Source of the DNA: Myxococcales bacterium
GTDB lineage: Bacteria > Myxococcota_A > Polyangia > Haliangiales > Haliangiaceae
Length of the DNA: 64,000 nt
Direction: 5' to 3'
Assembly (NCBI GenBank): GCA_016708565.1
Contig: JADJFN010000001.1
Coordinates: 732,863-796,862 of the forward strand
Positions 38,483 to 46,571 of the stretch are shown here, in pieces (the stretch's first letter is position 1; every line of letters begins with the position of its first letter). Under the pieces are notes generated by a model. It was not told the DNA's origin. It searched no databases and worked only from the letters and a program-made list of their open reading frames with translations. The translations under genes were made by a program, and so were the position numbers.

Positions 38483-41437
38483 TCAGTCGTCGGCGATCGC
38501 GGTGAGCGAGCGCTCGACGCCGCGCGCGAGGCCGACCGTCACGGTGGTGCCGGCGGGCACCTGGAGCAGGTCCCAGCCGAGCTCGAGGCGCAGGCCCTTC
38601 ACGTCGTGGCCGTCGACGGTGACGATGGTGTCGCCCGCGACGAGGCCGGCCTGCGCGGCGGGCCCAGGGCTCACTTCGCTGATCGTGAGCGCGCGCGTCC
38701 GCGGATCGGCGTCGGGCGCGGGCTGCACGAACGCCCAACCGAAGTCGCCCGGCCTGCCGTCGTCGCCGCCCCGGCGCTCGACCATGGGCACGTCGCCGAC
38801 GTCGTGCACGGGGCCGCCGGTGAGCTCGACGATCCAGCGGACCAAGGGCCACCGCGCTTCGCGCTCGGCGTTCAGGCCGACGACGTAGACGAGGCCCGCG
38901 GGCGCGTTCGGCACGGTGAAGCGGCCGCCGGCGTCGCTCAGCTCGGCGCCGTCGCCCCCCGCCGCGATGGACGGCACGCCGGCGCCCGCGCCGGCGGTCG
39001 GGGTGACGGTCGCGCGGACGCCGGGCACGGGCGCGCCCGTCGCGAGGTCGACGAACCGACCGGTCACGGTGCGCTTCGCCCCGAGGACGAGCGCGACGCC
39101 GGTCCGGTCCTCGCCGGCGGCGAGCGGCACCGTCGCCTGCACGCGGCCCGCGGCGCTGTCGACGGCGACGACGAACGCGCCGGCCGGCAGGTCGCGCACG
39201 ACGAACGCGCCGCCGGTGCGGGAGAAGCGCTCGCGCCGCTCGAAGCCGGTCTGCACGTCGGCGACGGCGAGCTCGAACGTTTCGGGCGCGCCGCTGCTCG
39301 CGACCGTGACGGTGCCGGCGATCGAGCCGGTGCTCAGGATCGTGAGCGTCGTGTCGCTGCCGGTCGCGACGTGCTCGACCGCGGCCTCGCCGCCGCCGCG
39401 CCGGTACGCGCGCACCGTGTGGCGCCCCCGGCCGAGGCCGCCGACGGTGAAGCGGCCATCGGTGCGGGTGAGCACCGGCCGATCGGTGCGGCCCCACGTC
39501 CAGCGGGTCTGGCGCACGCCGGCACCCGCCGCGACCCCCGGTCCGTCCGGCTCGCGCACGGCGACGACCCACGCGTCGCCCACCGGTTCGCCGCGCGCGT
39601 CGTTCACGACCCCGGTGATCGCGCCGTCCTGCGCCTCGACGACCAGCCGCACGGTCGCGGTCTGCCCCGCGACCACCGTGACCGGCTCGCCGCGGTCGTC
39701 GCCATCGGCCGCGCCCGGGCGTTGCACGGGCTCGAACCTGCCGCGCGACACGGTCACGCGGTGCGGGCCCGGCTCGACGCCGTCGATGCGGAACGTGCCG
39801 TCATCACCGGTCGCGACCCCGCCGTCGAGCATCCGGATCTCGGTCGAGACCCGCACGCCGGCCACCGGCTGGCCCGCCGGATCGACGACGATCCCGGCGA
39901 CGGCGCCGCTCGCCGGAAAGACGATGTCGGCGGTGGAGCCGCCGCCCGGCGCGACGGTCACCGTCAGGGGCGGCGCTGCGTCGACCTGACCGTTCACGCT
40001 AGCCTCGAGCTGGTAGGTCCCGCCTCGCAGGCCGGTCAGGCGATAGACGCCGTCGTCGCCCGAGCGCGCGAACGCGCCCGGGAAGAACTCGCCCGCGTCC
40101 GTGGCCCGCGCCGACACCCACGCGTCGCCGAACGGCGCGCCGGCGGCGGTCCTGACCGTGCCGGTGATGACGGCGCCCGGCGTCACCGTGAGGATCAGGT
40201 CCGCGTGGTCGGCGCCGGCGGCGACCTCGACGGGCGGGTACTTCTGCTGCGCGGCCTGGTCGTTGCACCTGACGCGCACCTCGTAGCGCCCCGGCACGAG
40301 TGACAGGATCGCGAAGGTCCCGTCGAGCTCGATCGAATCGGTCGCGCGTGCCCGCGATGCCGCATCGGCCAGCATCACGGCGCCGCGCGGACACGGCTCG
40401 ACCTTGCCCCCGCCGCGATCGATCACCACGGTGCCGCGCACGCGGCTCGCCGGGTGTACGACGACCACGACGCCGTCCACGTGCTGGCCCAGGCCGAGCA
40501 GCACGCTCTCGCCGGCTTCGCCGCGGTAGCCGTCGCCCGACGCGACCGGCTTGTAGCGCCCGGGGACCAGCCGCGTCAGACGGAAGCGGCCCTGCGCGTC
40601 GCTGCGCGTGCTCGCCCCCGGCTCGCCGTCGTCGTCGCCGGCGACGGCGACGATCGCGCCGTCGACCGGCCGCGCGTCGCCCGCCGTGACGACCGTGCCC
40701 GACAGGCTCGACTCCGGCGTCAGCAGGATCTGCGCGCGCGCGGTCGGCGCCGACACGTCGCTGTCGCCCGGGGCGTATCCGTCTGCGTGCGCGCCGAGGT
40801 GGGCCGGACCCGGCGCGGTCCACAAGGCAAAGCGTCCCTGTTCGTCGGTGCGAGTGGTCGCGGCGACACCGACCACGGTCCCCGCCGAGATCGCCACCAG
40901 CGCGCCGACGATCGGCCCCCCGCTCACGTCCTCGACGGTGCCGCTCACCTTCACGCCGCCGGGCGGCAGCGCGAAGTCCACGCCGGTGCGCACCTCGCCT
41001 GGCGCGAGTCGAAAGCTGTCGAGCTCGCCCAGCGCGTTGAGCCACGGCCGCGCGAGGTGCCCGGCGGCGCTCGCGGCGAGCGCGTGGCGCACCGGCAGGA
41101 GGTCCTCGAGCGCGTACGCGCCGGCGGCGTCGGTCGTCGCGCACGGCGGCGCGCGCCACTCGTCGGAGGCGAGGCCATCGGTCGCGAAGCGCGAGCACAC
41201 CTGCGCGCCGGCGATCGGTCCGCCGCCCGCCGTGCGTACCGTGCCGCGGACCGCGGCGCGCGGCTGCGTGCGTGGATCGTTCGGCGCGGTCTTCCCGGCC
41301 GCGCCGCGCGCGCGACCTCCCGCGACCTCGGCGCCGGCCGCGCCGCGCGGCTTCGACGAGCGAGCGCGATCGCGCCGCCACCACAGCGCGACCAGGACGA
41401 CGAGCAGGGCGACCACGATCGCGACGATCCGCTTCAC
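38483..41437 (-). CDS. membrane-anchored protein with about five carboxypeptidase-regulatory-like (transthyretin-fold) domains and a C-terminal PDZ domain
   Basis: N-terminal TM helix MKRIVAIVVALLVVLVALWW; repeats GTVEDVSGGPIVGALVAI, GTVVTAGDARPVDGAIVAV and GIVVDPAGQPVAGVRVS; PDZ segment LTISEVSPGPAAQAGLVAGDTIVTVDGHDV. Confidence 0.8.
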   Translation of the reverse strand: MKRIVAIVVALLVVLVALWWRRDRARSSKPRGAAGAEVAGGRARGAAGKTAPNDPRTQPRAAVRGTVRTAGGGPIAGAQVCSRFATDGLASDEWRAPPCATTDAAGAYALEDLLPVRHALAASAAGHLARPWLNALGELDSFRLAPGEVRTGVDFALPPGGVKVSGTVEDVSGGPIVGALVAISAGTVVGVAATTRTDEQGRFALWTAPGPAHLGAHADGYAPGDSDVSAPTARAQILLTPESSLSGTVVTAGDARPVDGAIVAVAGDDDGEPGASTRSDAQGRFRLTRLVPGRYKPVASGDGYRGEAGESVLLGLGQHVDGVVVVVHPASRVRGTVVIDRGGGKVEPCPRGAVMLADAASRARATDSIELDGTFAILSLVPGRYEVRVRCNDQAAQQKYPPVEVAAGADHADLILTVTPGAVITGTVRTAAGAPFGDAWVSARATDAGEFFPGAFARSGDDGVYRLTGLRGGTYQLEASVNGQVDAAPPLTVTVAPGGGSTADIVFPASGAVAGIVVDPAGQPVAGVRVSTEIRMLDGGVATGDDGTFRIDGVEPGPHRVTVSRGRFEPVQRPGAADGDDRGEPVTVVAGQTATVRLVVEAQDGAITGVVNDARGEPVGDAWVVAVREPDGPGVAAGAGVRQTRWTWGRTDRPVLTRTDGRFTVGGLGRGRHTVRAYRRGGGEAAVEHVATGSDTTLTILSTGSIAGTVTVASSGAPETFELAVADVQTGFERRERFSRTGGAFVVRDLPAGAFVVAVDSAAGRVQATVPLAAGEDRTGVALVLGAKRTVTGRFVDLATGAPVPGVRATVTPTAGAGAGVPSIAAGGDGAELSDAGGRFTVPNAPAGLVYVVGLNAEREARWPLVRWIVELTGGPVHDVGDVPMVERRGGDDGRPGDFGWAFVQPAPDADPRTRALTISEVSPGPAAQAGLVAGDTIVTVDGHDVKGLRLELGWDLLQVPAGTTVTVGLARGVERSLTAIADD

Positions 41438-41600
41438 CGGTCGACCCTAGCGCGGCTCGCGCGCGCGCCGGATCGCGAACGCCGCGACGCAGGGGGCGAC
41501 CGTGGATCGGTCACATCAGGCTCCCTTCCTACCGAGTGACAGCCGATCGGCGCGGCCGCGCCAGCGCGTCGCCGCGCCGGTCACCGCGCGCGCAACCACG

Positions 41601-41667
<67 letters not shown>

Positions 41668-42009
41668 GTGCGGGGGCGCGTTCGGGCGGCCTACCGCTCC
41701 GTCCAGCGGGCCCGCGGGGGCGGCGGAGCACCAGACCCCTACGCGACCATCACGCTCAATGGGACAGCGCTGGGGATGACGGCGGCCGCGCAGGACATCT
41801 TCAACCCGATCTGGAACATGGCGACGAGCCCGACGAACATCCCCGCGGGCAGCACACTCTTTGTGGATGCCTACGACGAAGACATCGCGGAGGACGACCC
41901 CATCATGCGTTGCCAGTTCGCTCCCCTCACGGCCGACTTGCTGCACGTCGGCGAAGGGGTCTGCTCCGGTGCGATCGGTACGCTGACCGTCCGCTTCTCG
42001 ACCAACTGA
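41668..42009 (+). CDS. N-terminally truncated C2-domain-like ORF immediately after the poly-G tract
   Basis: ...PDPYATITLNG...DIFNPIWNMA...LFVDAYDEDIAEDDPIMRCQFAP matches the C2 pattern DPYVK..L / NP.WNE / V.D.D....D..IG. In-frame GTG at 41668. A/T-ending codons are unusually frequent for this window. Confidence 0.4.
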   Translation: MRGRVRAAYRSVQRARGGGGAPDPYATITLNGTALGMTAAAQDIFNPIWNMATSPTNIPAGSTLFVDAYDEDIAEDDPIMRCQFAPLTADLLHVGEGVCSGAIGTLTVRFSTN

Positions 42010-42030
42010 CGCATCGTCGACGGTCGATCT

Positions 42031-42057
42031 GGACCCGCCCAGTCGCAGCCACCCGGA
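42031..42057 (+). repeat. left copy of an imperfect ~27-nt direct repeat flanking the nuclease-helicase gene
   Basis: ggacccgcccAGTCGCAGCCACCCGGAtcgg versus 45551..45576 ggtccgccgAGTCGCAGCCACCCGGAgggg; the 17-nt core is identical. Confidence 0.55.
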
Positions 42058-42095
42058 TCGGGGCTGATGCCGCGCGAGCCGGGCCGAGGGCGTCG

Positions 42096-45000
42096 TCAGC
42101 CCGGCGCCAGCAACGCGAACGCCTCGTAGAGGACGGCGGGCAGCGGCGCGTCGAGGTGCCAGGTGATGGCGATCGGTCGATCGCCGTCGTGGCTGCGGTA
42201 GGTCGCGCCGCCCAGGAAGACGTAGGGCTCGTCCTTCGCGGTCTGCACGAACAGGAAGAAGCGCCAGCCATTGGTCGCGCTGTCGAGGTACCGCCGCCCG
42301 GCGGCGCTGGCCACCCGGGTGCGACCTTGGGTCTCCCACAGGAACAGGTCGCGGCTGATCGCGCGATCGCGGTAGCTGGTGGTCGGTGAGAAGTTCCCGC
42401 TCGACTTGTCGAGCGTCACGAACAGGAGCTCACGGCGCGACGCGTCGAGCTTGAGGATGCCGGCCTGCGGCACGCTGATCTTGTCGCCGCTGGCGCGATC
42501 GCCGACCGCGGTGACGATCTCGTAGCGGCTGTAGCGCCGGTGCAGCGCCAGCGGCCAGTCGGCCTCGGGGTAGACGTCGCCCGCGAGCCCGGGCTTGTCC
42601 TCGAGCACGGCGGTCAGCTCGCGCAGCTCGGCCCGGACCGCCGGGCGCGCTCGGTACCAGTCGGCCACCTCCTCGGCCGCGCGCAGGACGCCGCGCTTCT
42701 GGAGCTGCGCGTCGAGCATGGCCAGGCGGCGCGCGTCGAGCGGCCCCGGGGGTGGCGCGCCGTCGTCGGTGAGCGCGCGGTAGCGGCGGAGCCGCGTCGG
42801 TTCGTCGACGTGGCACAGCCGGCCGAGCCCGCGGCTCGCGAGGTCGGCATCGACATCGGGGGCCGCGAGGCCGGCGGCGACCTGGACGTCGCGCCACCCG
42901 GCGTCGCCGGTGTACACGTCCTCGAGGGGGCGCCCGGTCTCGCGCAGGAACCGCGTCAGCGTGACCGGCGCGCCGTCCGGCTCGGCGGTCGCCCGCTCGT
43001 GCAGCTCGTGCAGCTCCCGCAGCTCGCGGCCGAGGCGCGCCACGCCTCGGCCCAGCGTGCGGCGCAGCGAGTCGAGCACCTGGTCGCGGGCCACTCGATC
43101 GAGCTCGAGCGCGCAGCCGCTGGGCAGGTGCGGGAAGCCGTGCTCGATGGCCTCGCGTAGCCGCGGCCGCGGCAGGCCGGTCAGCGTCGCCAGGATCGCG
43201 TCGTACCGGTACTCCTCGCGGTGCTGGCCGATGAAGTCGAGCACCAGGCACGCGGTCTTGCCCGGGAACAAGCGCAGGCCGCGGCCGAGCTGCTGCTGGA
43301 ACAAGGTCGCGCTGGCGGTCGGGCGGAGGAGCAACAGCACGTCGACGAACGGCAGGTCGACGCCCTCGTTGTACAGGTCGCACGTGAAGACCAGGTTCAC
43401 CTCGCGGTCACGGAGCCGGCGCCGCACGTCGTCGCGCAGCGCCGCGGGGCTGCCGCCATGGACCGCCACCGCCGGCACGCCGAGCGCGGTGGCCTGCGCG
43501 GCCATGTACTCGGCGTGCTCGACGCTCACGCAGAAGCCCAGCCCCCGCACCGCGCGCAGGTCGGCGACGCGGCGCGCGAGCTGCGCCACCACCAGGCGCG
43601 CCCGCGCCTCGTTGCCGGTGTAGAGCCCGGCCAGCGCCGCGGCGTCGTAGCCAGTGCGGGTCCAGCGCACGCGCCGCAGGTCGGTGCCGTCGGTCAGGCC
43701 GTAGTACTCGAACGGCGCGAGGAGCTGCTGCGCCAGCGCGTCGGGCAAGCGCAGCTCGGCGGCGATGCGATCGTCGAAGTCCGGCAGCAGCGACTGCCCG
43801 TCGCTGCGCTCGGGGGTGGCGGTGAGGCCGAGCAGCAGCTGCGGGCGCAGCGCCCGCAGGACCGCCTGGTACGAGGGCGCGGGCAGGTGATGGCACTCGT
43901 CGATCACCACGTAAGCGAAGTGCTCGGCGCCGAGCTGGTCGAGCAGGCGCCCCGCGCTCTGGATGGTCGCGAACACGTGGTCGCCGCGCGCGATCGTCGC
44001 GCCGCCGGCGATCAGCTCGCCGAACCCGCCATCGAGCAGGACCTCGCGGAACGTGTCGCGCGCCTGCTCGACGATCTCCACCCGGTGCGCCAGGTACAGG
44101 AGCCGCGGCGGCGCCGCGGGCGCCTGACGCGCGTAGTCGAACGCGGCGATGACGGTCTTGCCCGTACCGGTGGCGGCGACCACGAGGTTGCGCGTGTGGC
44201 CGCGCTCGACGCGCTCGGCGCGCAAGCGGTCGAGGATGATCTGCTGATACGGGTACGGCTGTGGCGCCAGGCGGCGCGGCGCGGGGCGCGGCGCGGCGTC
44301 GCGTTGGAGCGCGCCGGCCAGCTGGTCTCGGTGGGTCGGGTCCCGCGGATCGTAGCGCTGGAATTCCGGATCCTGCCAGAGGGTCTCGAAGGTGCCGGCG
44401 AAGTGGTCGATCACGTGCGGCAGGTCGCCGCTGGACACCTTCACCACCCACTCGTGGCCGGCGCCGAGCGCCGTCGCGGTGAGGTTGGCCGAACCGACGT
44501 ACGCCGTGGACAGGCCGTTGGCGCGGTGGAACAACCACGCCTTCGCGTGTAGCCGCGTCCGGCGCGTGTCGAACGACACCTTCACTTCGGCGCCGGGCAG
44601 CTCGGCCAGGCGGTGCACCGCCTCGACCTCGGTGGTGCCGGTGAAGGTCGTGGTCAGCACGCGCAGGCGGGTGCCGCTCGACGCCAGCGCCAGCTGTCCG
44701 AGCGCGTCGGCCAGCACGCGCACCCCGCCGATGGTGATGAACGCGACGATGACGTCGACCCGATCGGCGCTGGCGATCTCGCGGCGCAGCTCGGAGGCCA
44801 GCCCCGGCTCGAGCGGGCCGCGGGTGAACAGGGTCGAGGCGGTGAACGTCGAGTCGGGACGCAGCGGCCTCGGCCCCGTCCCCACGGCCCACAGCTGGCG
44901 CGGCGGTGGCAGCAGCCGCTGCGCGCGGATGGGCCCGGCGTCGCCATCGTCGAACGCCAGGGTCGTCGCGATCTCCGCCAGCACGCGCTCGACCAGCGCC

Positions 45001-45191
45001 GAGCTCGCCGCGACGCGCGCGTGCTCGTCGAGCGCCGCCAGCGCCCGTCGCACCTCGGTGGCGACCAGCCGCGCGACCTCGCCCGGCAGCTGATCGGGCC
45101 GCAGGTCGCGCAGCTCGGCCACGGACTCGCCGAGCGCCTCGGCGAGCGCCTCCGTCAGCGGATGCTCGTACAGCCCTGGCGCCAGCGGCAT
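42096..45191 (-). CDS. PLD-family nuclease + SF2 (ResIII/DEAD-like) helicase + DUF3427 fusion protein; putative restriction/defense-like enzyme
   Basis: HKD motif RLHAKAWLFHRANGLSTAYVGSANLT; Walker A VVAATGTGKT; DEAH-box VVIDECHHL; motif III LGLTATPER; C-terminal ~250 aa DUF3427-like (ISRDLFLWETQGRT...FVFLGGATY). Start at MPLAPGLYEHPL. Confidence 0.85.
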   Translation of the reverse strand: MPLAPGLYEHPLTEALAEALGESVAELRDLRPDQLPGEVARLVATEVRRALAALDEHARVAASSALVERVLAEIATTLAFDDGDAGPIRAQRLLPPPRQLWAVGTGPRPLRPDSTFTASTLFTRGPLEPGLASELRREIASADRVDVIVAFITIGGVRVLADALGQLALASSGTRLRVLTTTFTGTTEVEAVHRLAELPGAEVKVSFDTRRTRLHAKAWLFHRANGLSTAYVGSANLTATALGAGHEWVVKVSSGDLPHVIDHFAGTFETLWQDPEFQRYDPRDPTHRDQLAGALQRDAAPRPAPRRLAPQPYPYQQIILDRLRAERVERGHTRNLVVAATGTGKTVIAAFDYARQAPAAPPRLLYLAHRVEIVEQARDTFREVLLDGGFGELIAGGATIARGDHVFATIQSAGRLLDQLGAEHFAYVVIDECHHLPAPSYQAVLRALRPQLLLGLTATPERSDGQSLLPDFDDRIAAELRLPDALAQQLLAPFEYYGLTDGTDLRRVRWTRTGYDAAALAGLYTGNEARARLVVAQLARRVADLRAVRGLGFCVSVEHAEYMAAQATALGVPAVAVHGGSPAALRDDVRRRLRDREVNLVFTCDLYNEGVDLPFVDVLLLLRPTASATLFQQQLGRGLRLFPGKTACLVLDFIGQHREEYRYDAILATLTGLPRPRLREAIEHGFPHLPSGCALELDRVARDQVLDSLRRTLGRGVARLGRELRELHELHERATAEPDGAPVTLTRFLRETGRPLEDVYTGDAGWRDVQVAAGLAAPDVDADLASRGLGRLCHVDEPTRLRRYRALTDDGAPPPGPLDARRLAMLDAQLQKRGVLRAAEEVADWYRARPAVRAELRELTAVLEDKPGLAGDVYPEADWPLALHRRYSRYEIVTAVGDRASGDKISVPQAGILKLDASRRELLFVTLDKSSGNFSPTTSYRDRAISRDLFLWETQGRTRVASAAGRRYLDSATNGWRFFLFVQTAKDEPYVFLGGATYRSHDGDRPIAITWHLDAPLPAVLYEAFALLAPG

Positions 45192-45550
45192 CGCCCGATG
45201 ATAGGAGCTCGCGGCGCTGCCGTCAGGGGTCGGCGCGCCTGTTGGCGCAGCGTCTGCGGTGATGGACGCCGGCGGCGACAGGGCGCGCAGCCCTGGTTCC
45301 ACCCGGTCGGCCGCGGATTGTCGAAGCTCGCCGAGATGGTCGACGCGCTCAACCCCTGCGCCTTCACCGCCGGCGCCTTGGCGACGTAGTCGAAGATGTG
45401 CCCGGCGTCGTCGGACGCGCAGCCGTTCTTCTCGGTCCACGACCGGGTCCCGGCGTCGGTGCGTTGCCCGCCGCTCAGGTCGCGCTTGTCGACCGTCCGC
45501 GGCCGGTCCGGTCGGCCGTCGCCACCGCCGGCAGCAACGTGAGCGTGACC

Positions 45551-45576
45551 GGTCCGCCGAGTCGCAGCCACCCGGA
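45551..45576 (+). repeat. right copy of the direct repeat flanking the nuclease-helicase gene
   Basis: Same 17-nt core AGTCGCAGCCACCCGGA, about 3.5 kb from the left copy. Confidence 0.55.
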
Positions 45577-45601
45577 GGGGGCGCCGCCTACTCGCCCCTG
45601 G

Positions 45602-45928
45602 TCAGGCCGCGCCGCTGCGACGGTAGTCGAGGAGCGCAACCTCCAGCGCCGCGGCCAGCTCCTCGTCATCGCACTCCGAGATCGCGCTCTGGGAGAAGGT
45701 GGCGACGAGGTCGGCGGTGCCAGCGCGAAACACCGGGCCGTCCTCACGACGAAACAGGCACACGTCGAAGCGATGGTTGCCCGTGTCATCCACCAGCTGG
45801 AAGCGTTCGAGGAGGGGGCCGAACTCGGCGGGCTGTGCCCTCAGCTGGGCGAGGCGTGGGCCCAGCTGCGCTGCCAGCACGTCGTCGACCTCGCTCAGCG
45901 GCGGAAAGGGAACGGGGCGAAGTCGCAC
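45602..45928 (-). CDS. small hypothetical protein (~108 aa)
   Basis: GTG start; the C-terminal part of ORF 45602..46489 (...FQLVDDTGNHRFDVCLFRREDGPVFRAGTADLVATF...) is protein-like while the rest is Arg-rich noise. Confidence 0.35.
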   Translation of the reverse strand: MRLRPVPFPPLSEVDDVLAAQLGPRLAQLRAQPAEFGPLLERFQLVDDTGNHRFDVCLFRREDGPVFRAGTADLVATFSQSAISECDDEELAAALEVALLDYRRSGAA

Positions 45929-46098
45929 GGGGCGAGGATAGCCTCGCGGTCGAACGGGCGGTCCGATCGGGGCACCGGACGCGGCGGATCCGTCGGCGGC
46001 TGTTCCGGTGGCCGTGTTCCGGTGGGCCGCGACACGAGCCCCGTCGCCGCGCCCAGCGCCGGGCAGATCGAATCGGCCGGCGAGGCGTCGACACGGAC

Positions 46099-46530
46099 AT
46101 GCGGTGTTCGACGGTCCGGTTGCGTGCGCTCGGCCTCGCGCTCCTGGTCCTCGGCTGCCGGGCCACCAGCCCACCGTCGCGCGCGGGCCCCGCACCGGCG
46201 AGCGAGGCGGCCGTGGCGGTAGCCGGGGCACCGGCCGGGACGCCGGTCGATCCATGGCAGGCGTGCGCGGTCGACGACGACTGTGCCGTGGTGGAGATCG
46301 ACCGCGGCGCGTGCGACCTCTGCGCGAACACGTACGCGGTCGCGCGCGGGCGAGCCGACGAGGCGCGCGCGCGCGCCGCGCTGACAGAGCCGGTCGAGGT
46401 CTGCACGGATCGCGATCACTCGTGCCCGGCGGCGACCGCCGCCTGCGTCGACGGCGCCTGCGCGCTGCAGGTCCCCGCCGACCCGCCACGCGCGGCGCGC
46501 CGCTGGTTCAACCCGCTGCCGGCCCGCTGA
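46099..46530 (+). CDS. small Cys-rich lipoprotein, hypothetical
   Basis: MRCSTVRLRALGLALLVLGC lipobox; 10 Cys in about 143 aa. Confidence 0.5.
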   Translation: MRCSTVRLRALGLALLVLGCRATSPPSRAGPAPASEAAVAVAGAPAGTPVDPWQACAVDDDCAVVEIDRGACDLCANTYAVARGRADEARARAALTEPVEVCTDRDHSCPAATAACVDGACALQVPADPPRAARRWFNPLPAR

Positions 46531-46571
46531 CCTTCGGCTGGTCGCGGCCGCCGCTCGTGTACGATGGAGAG

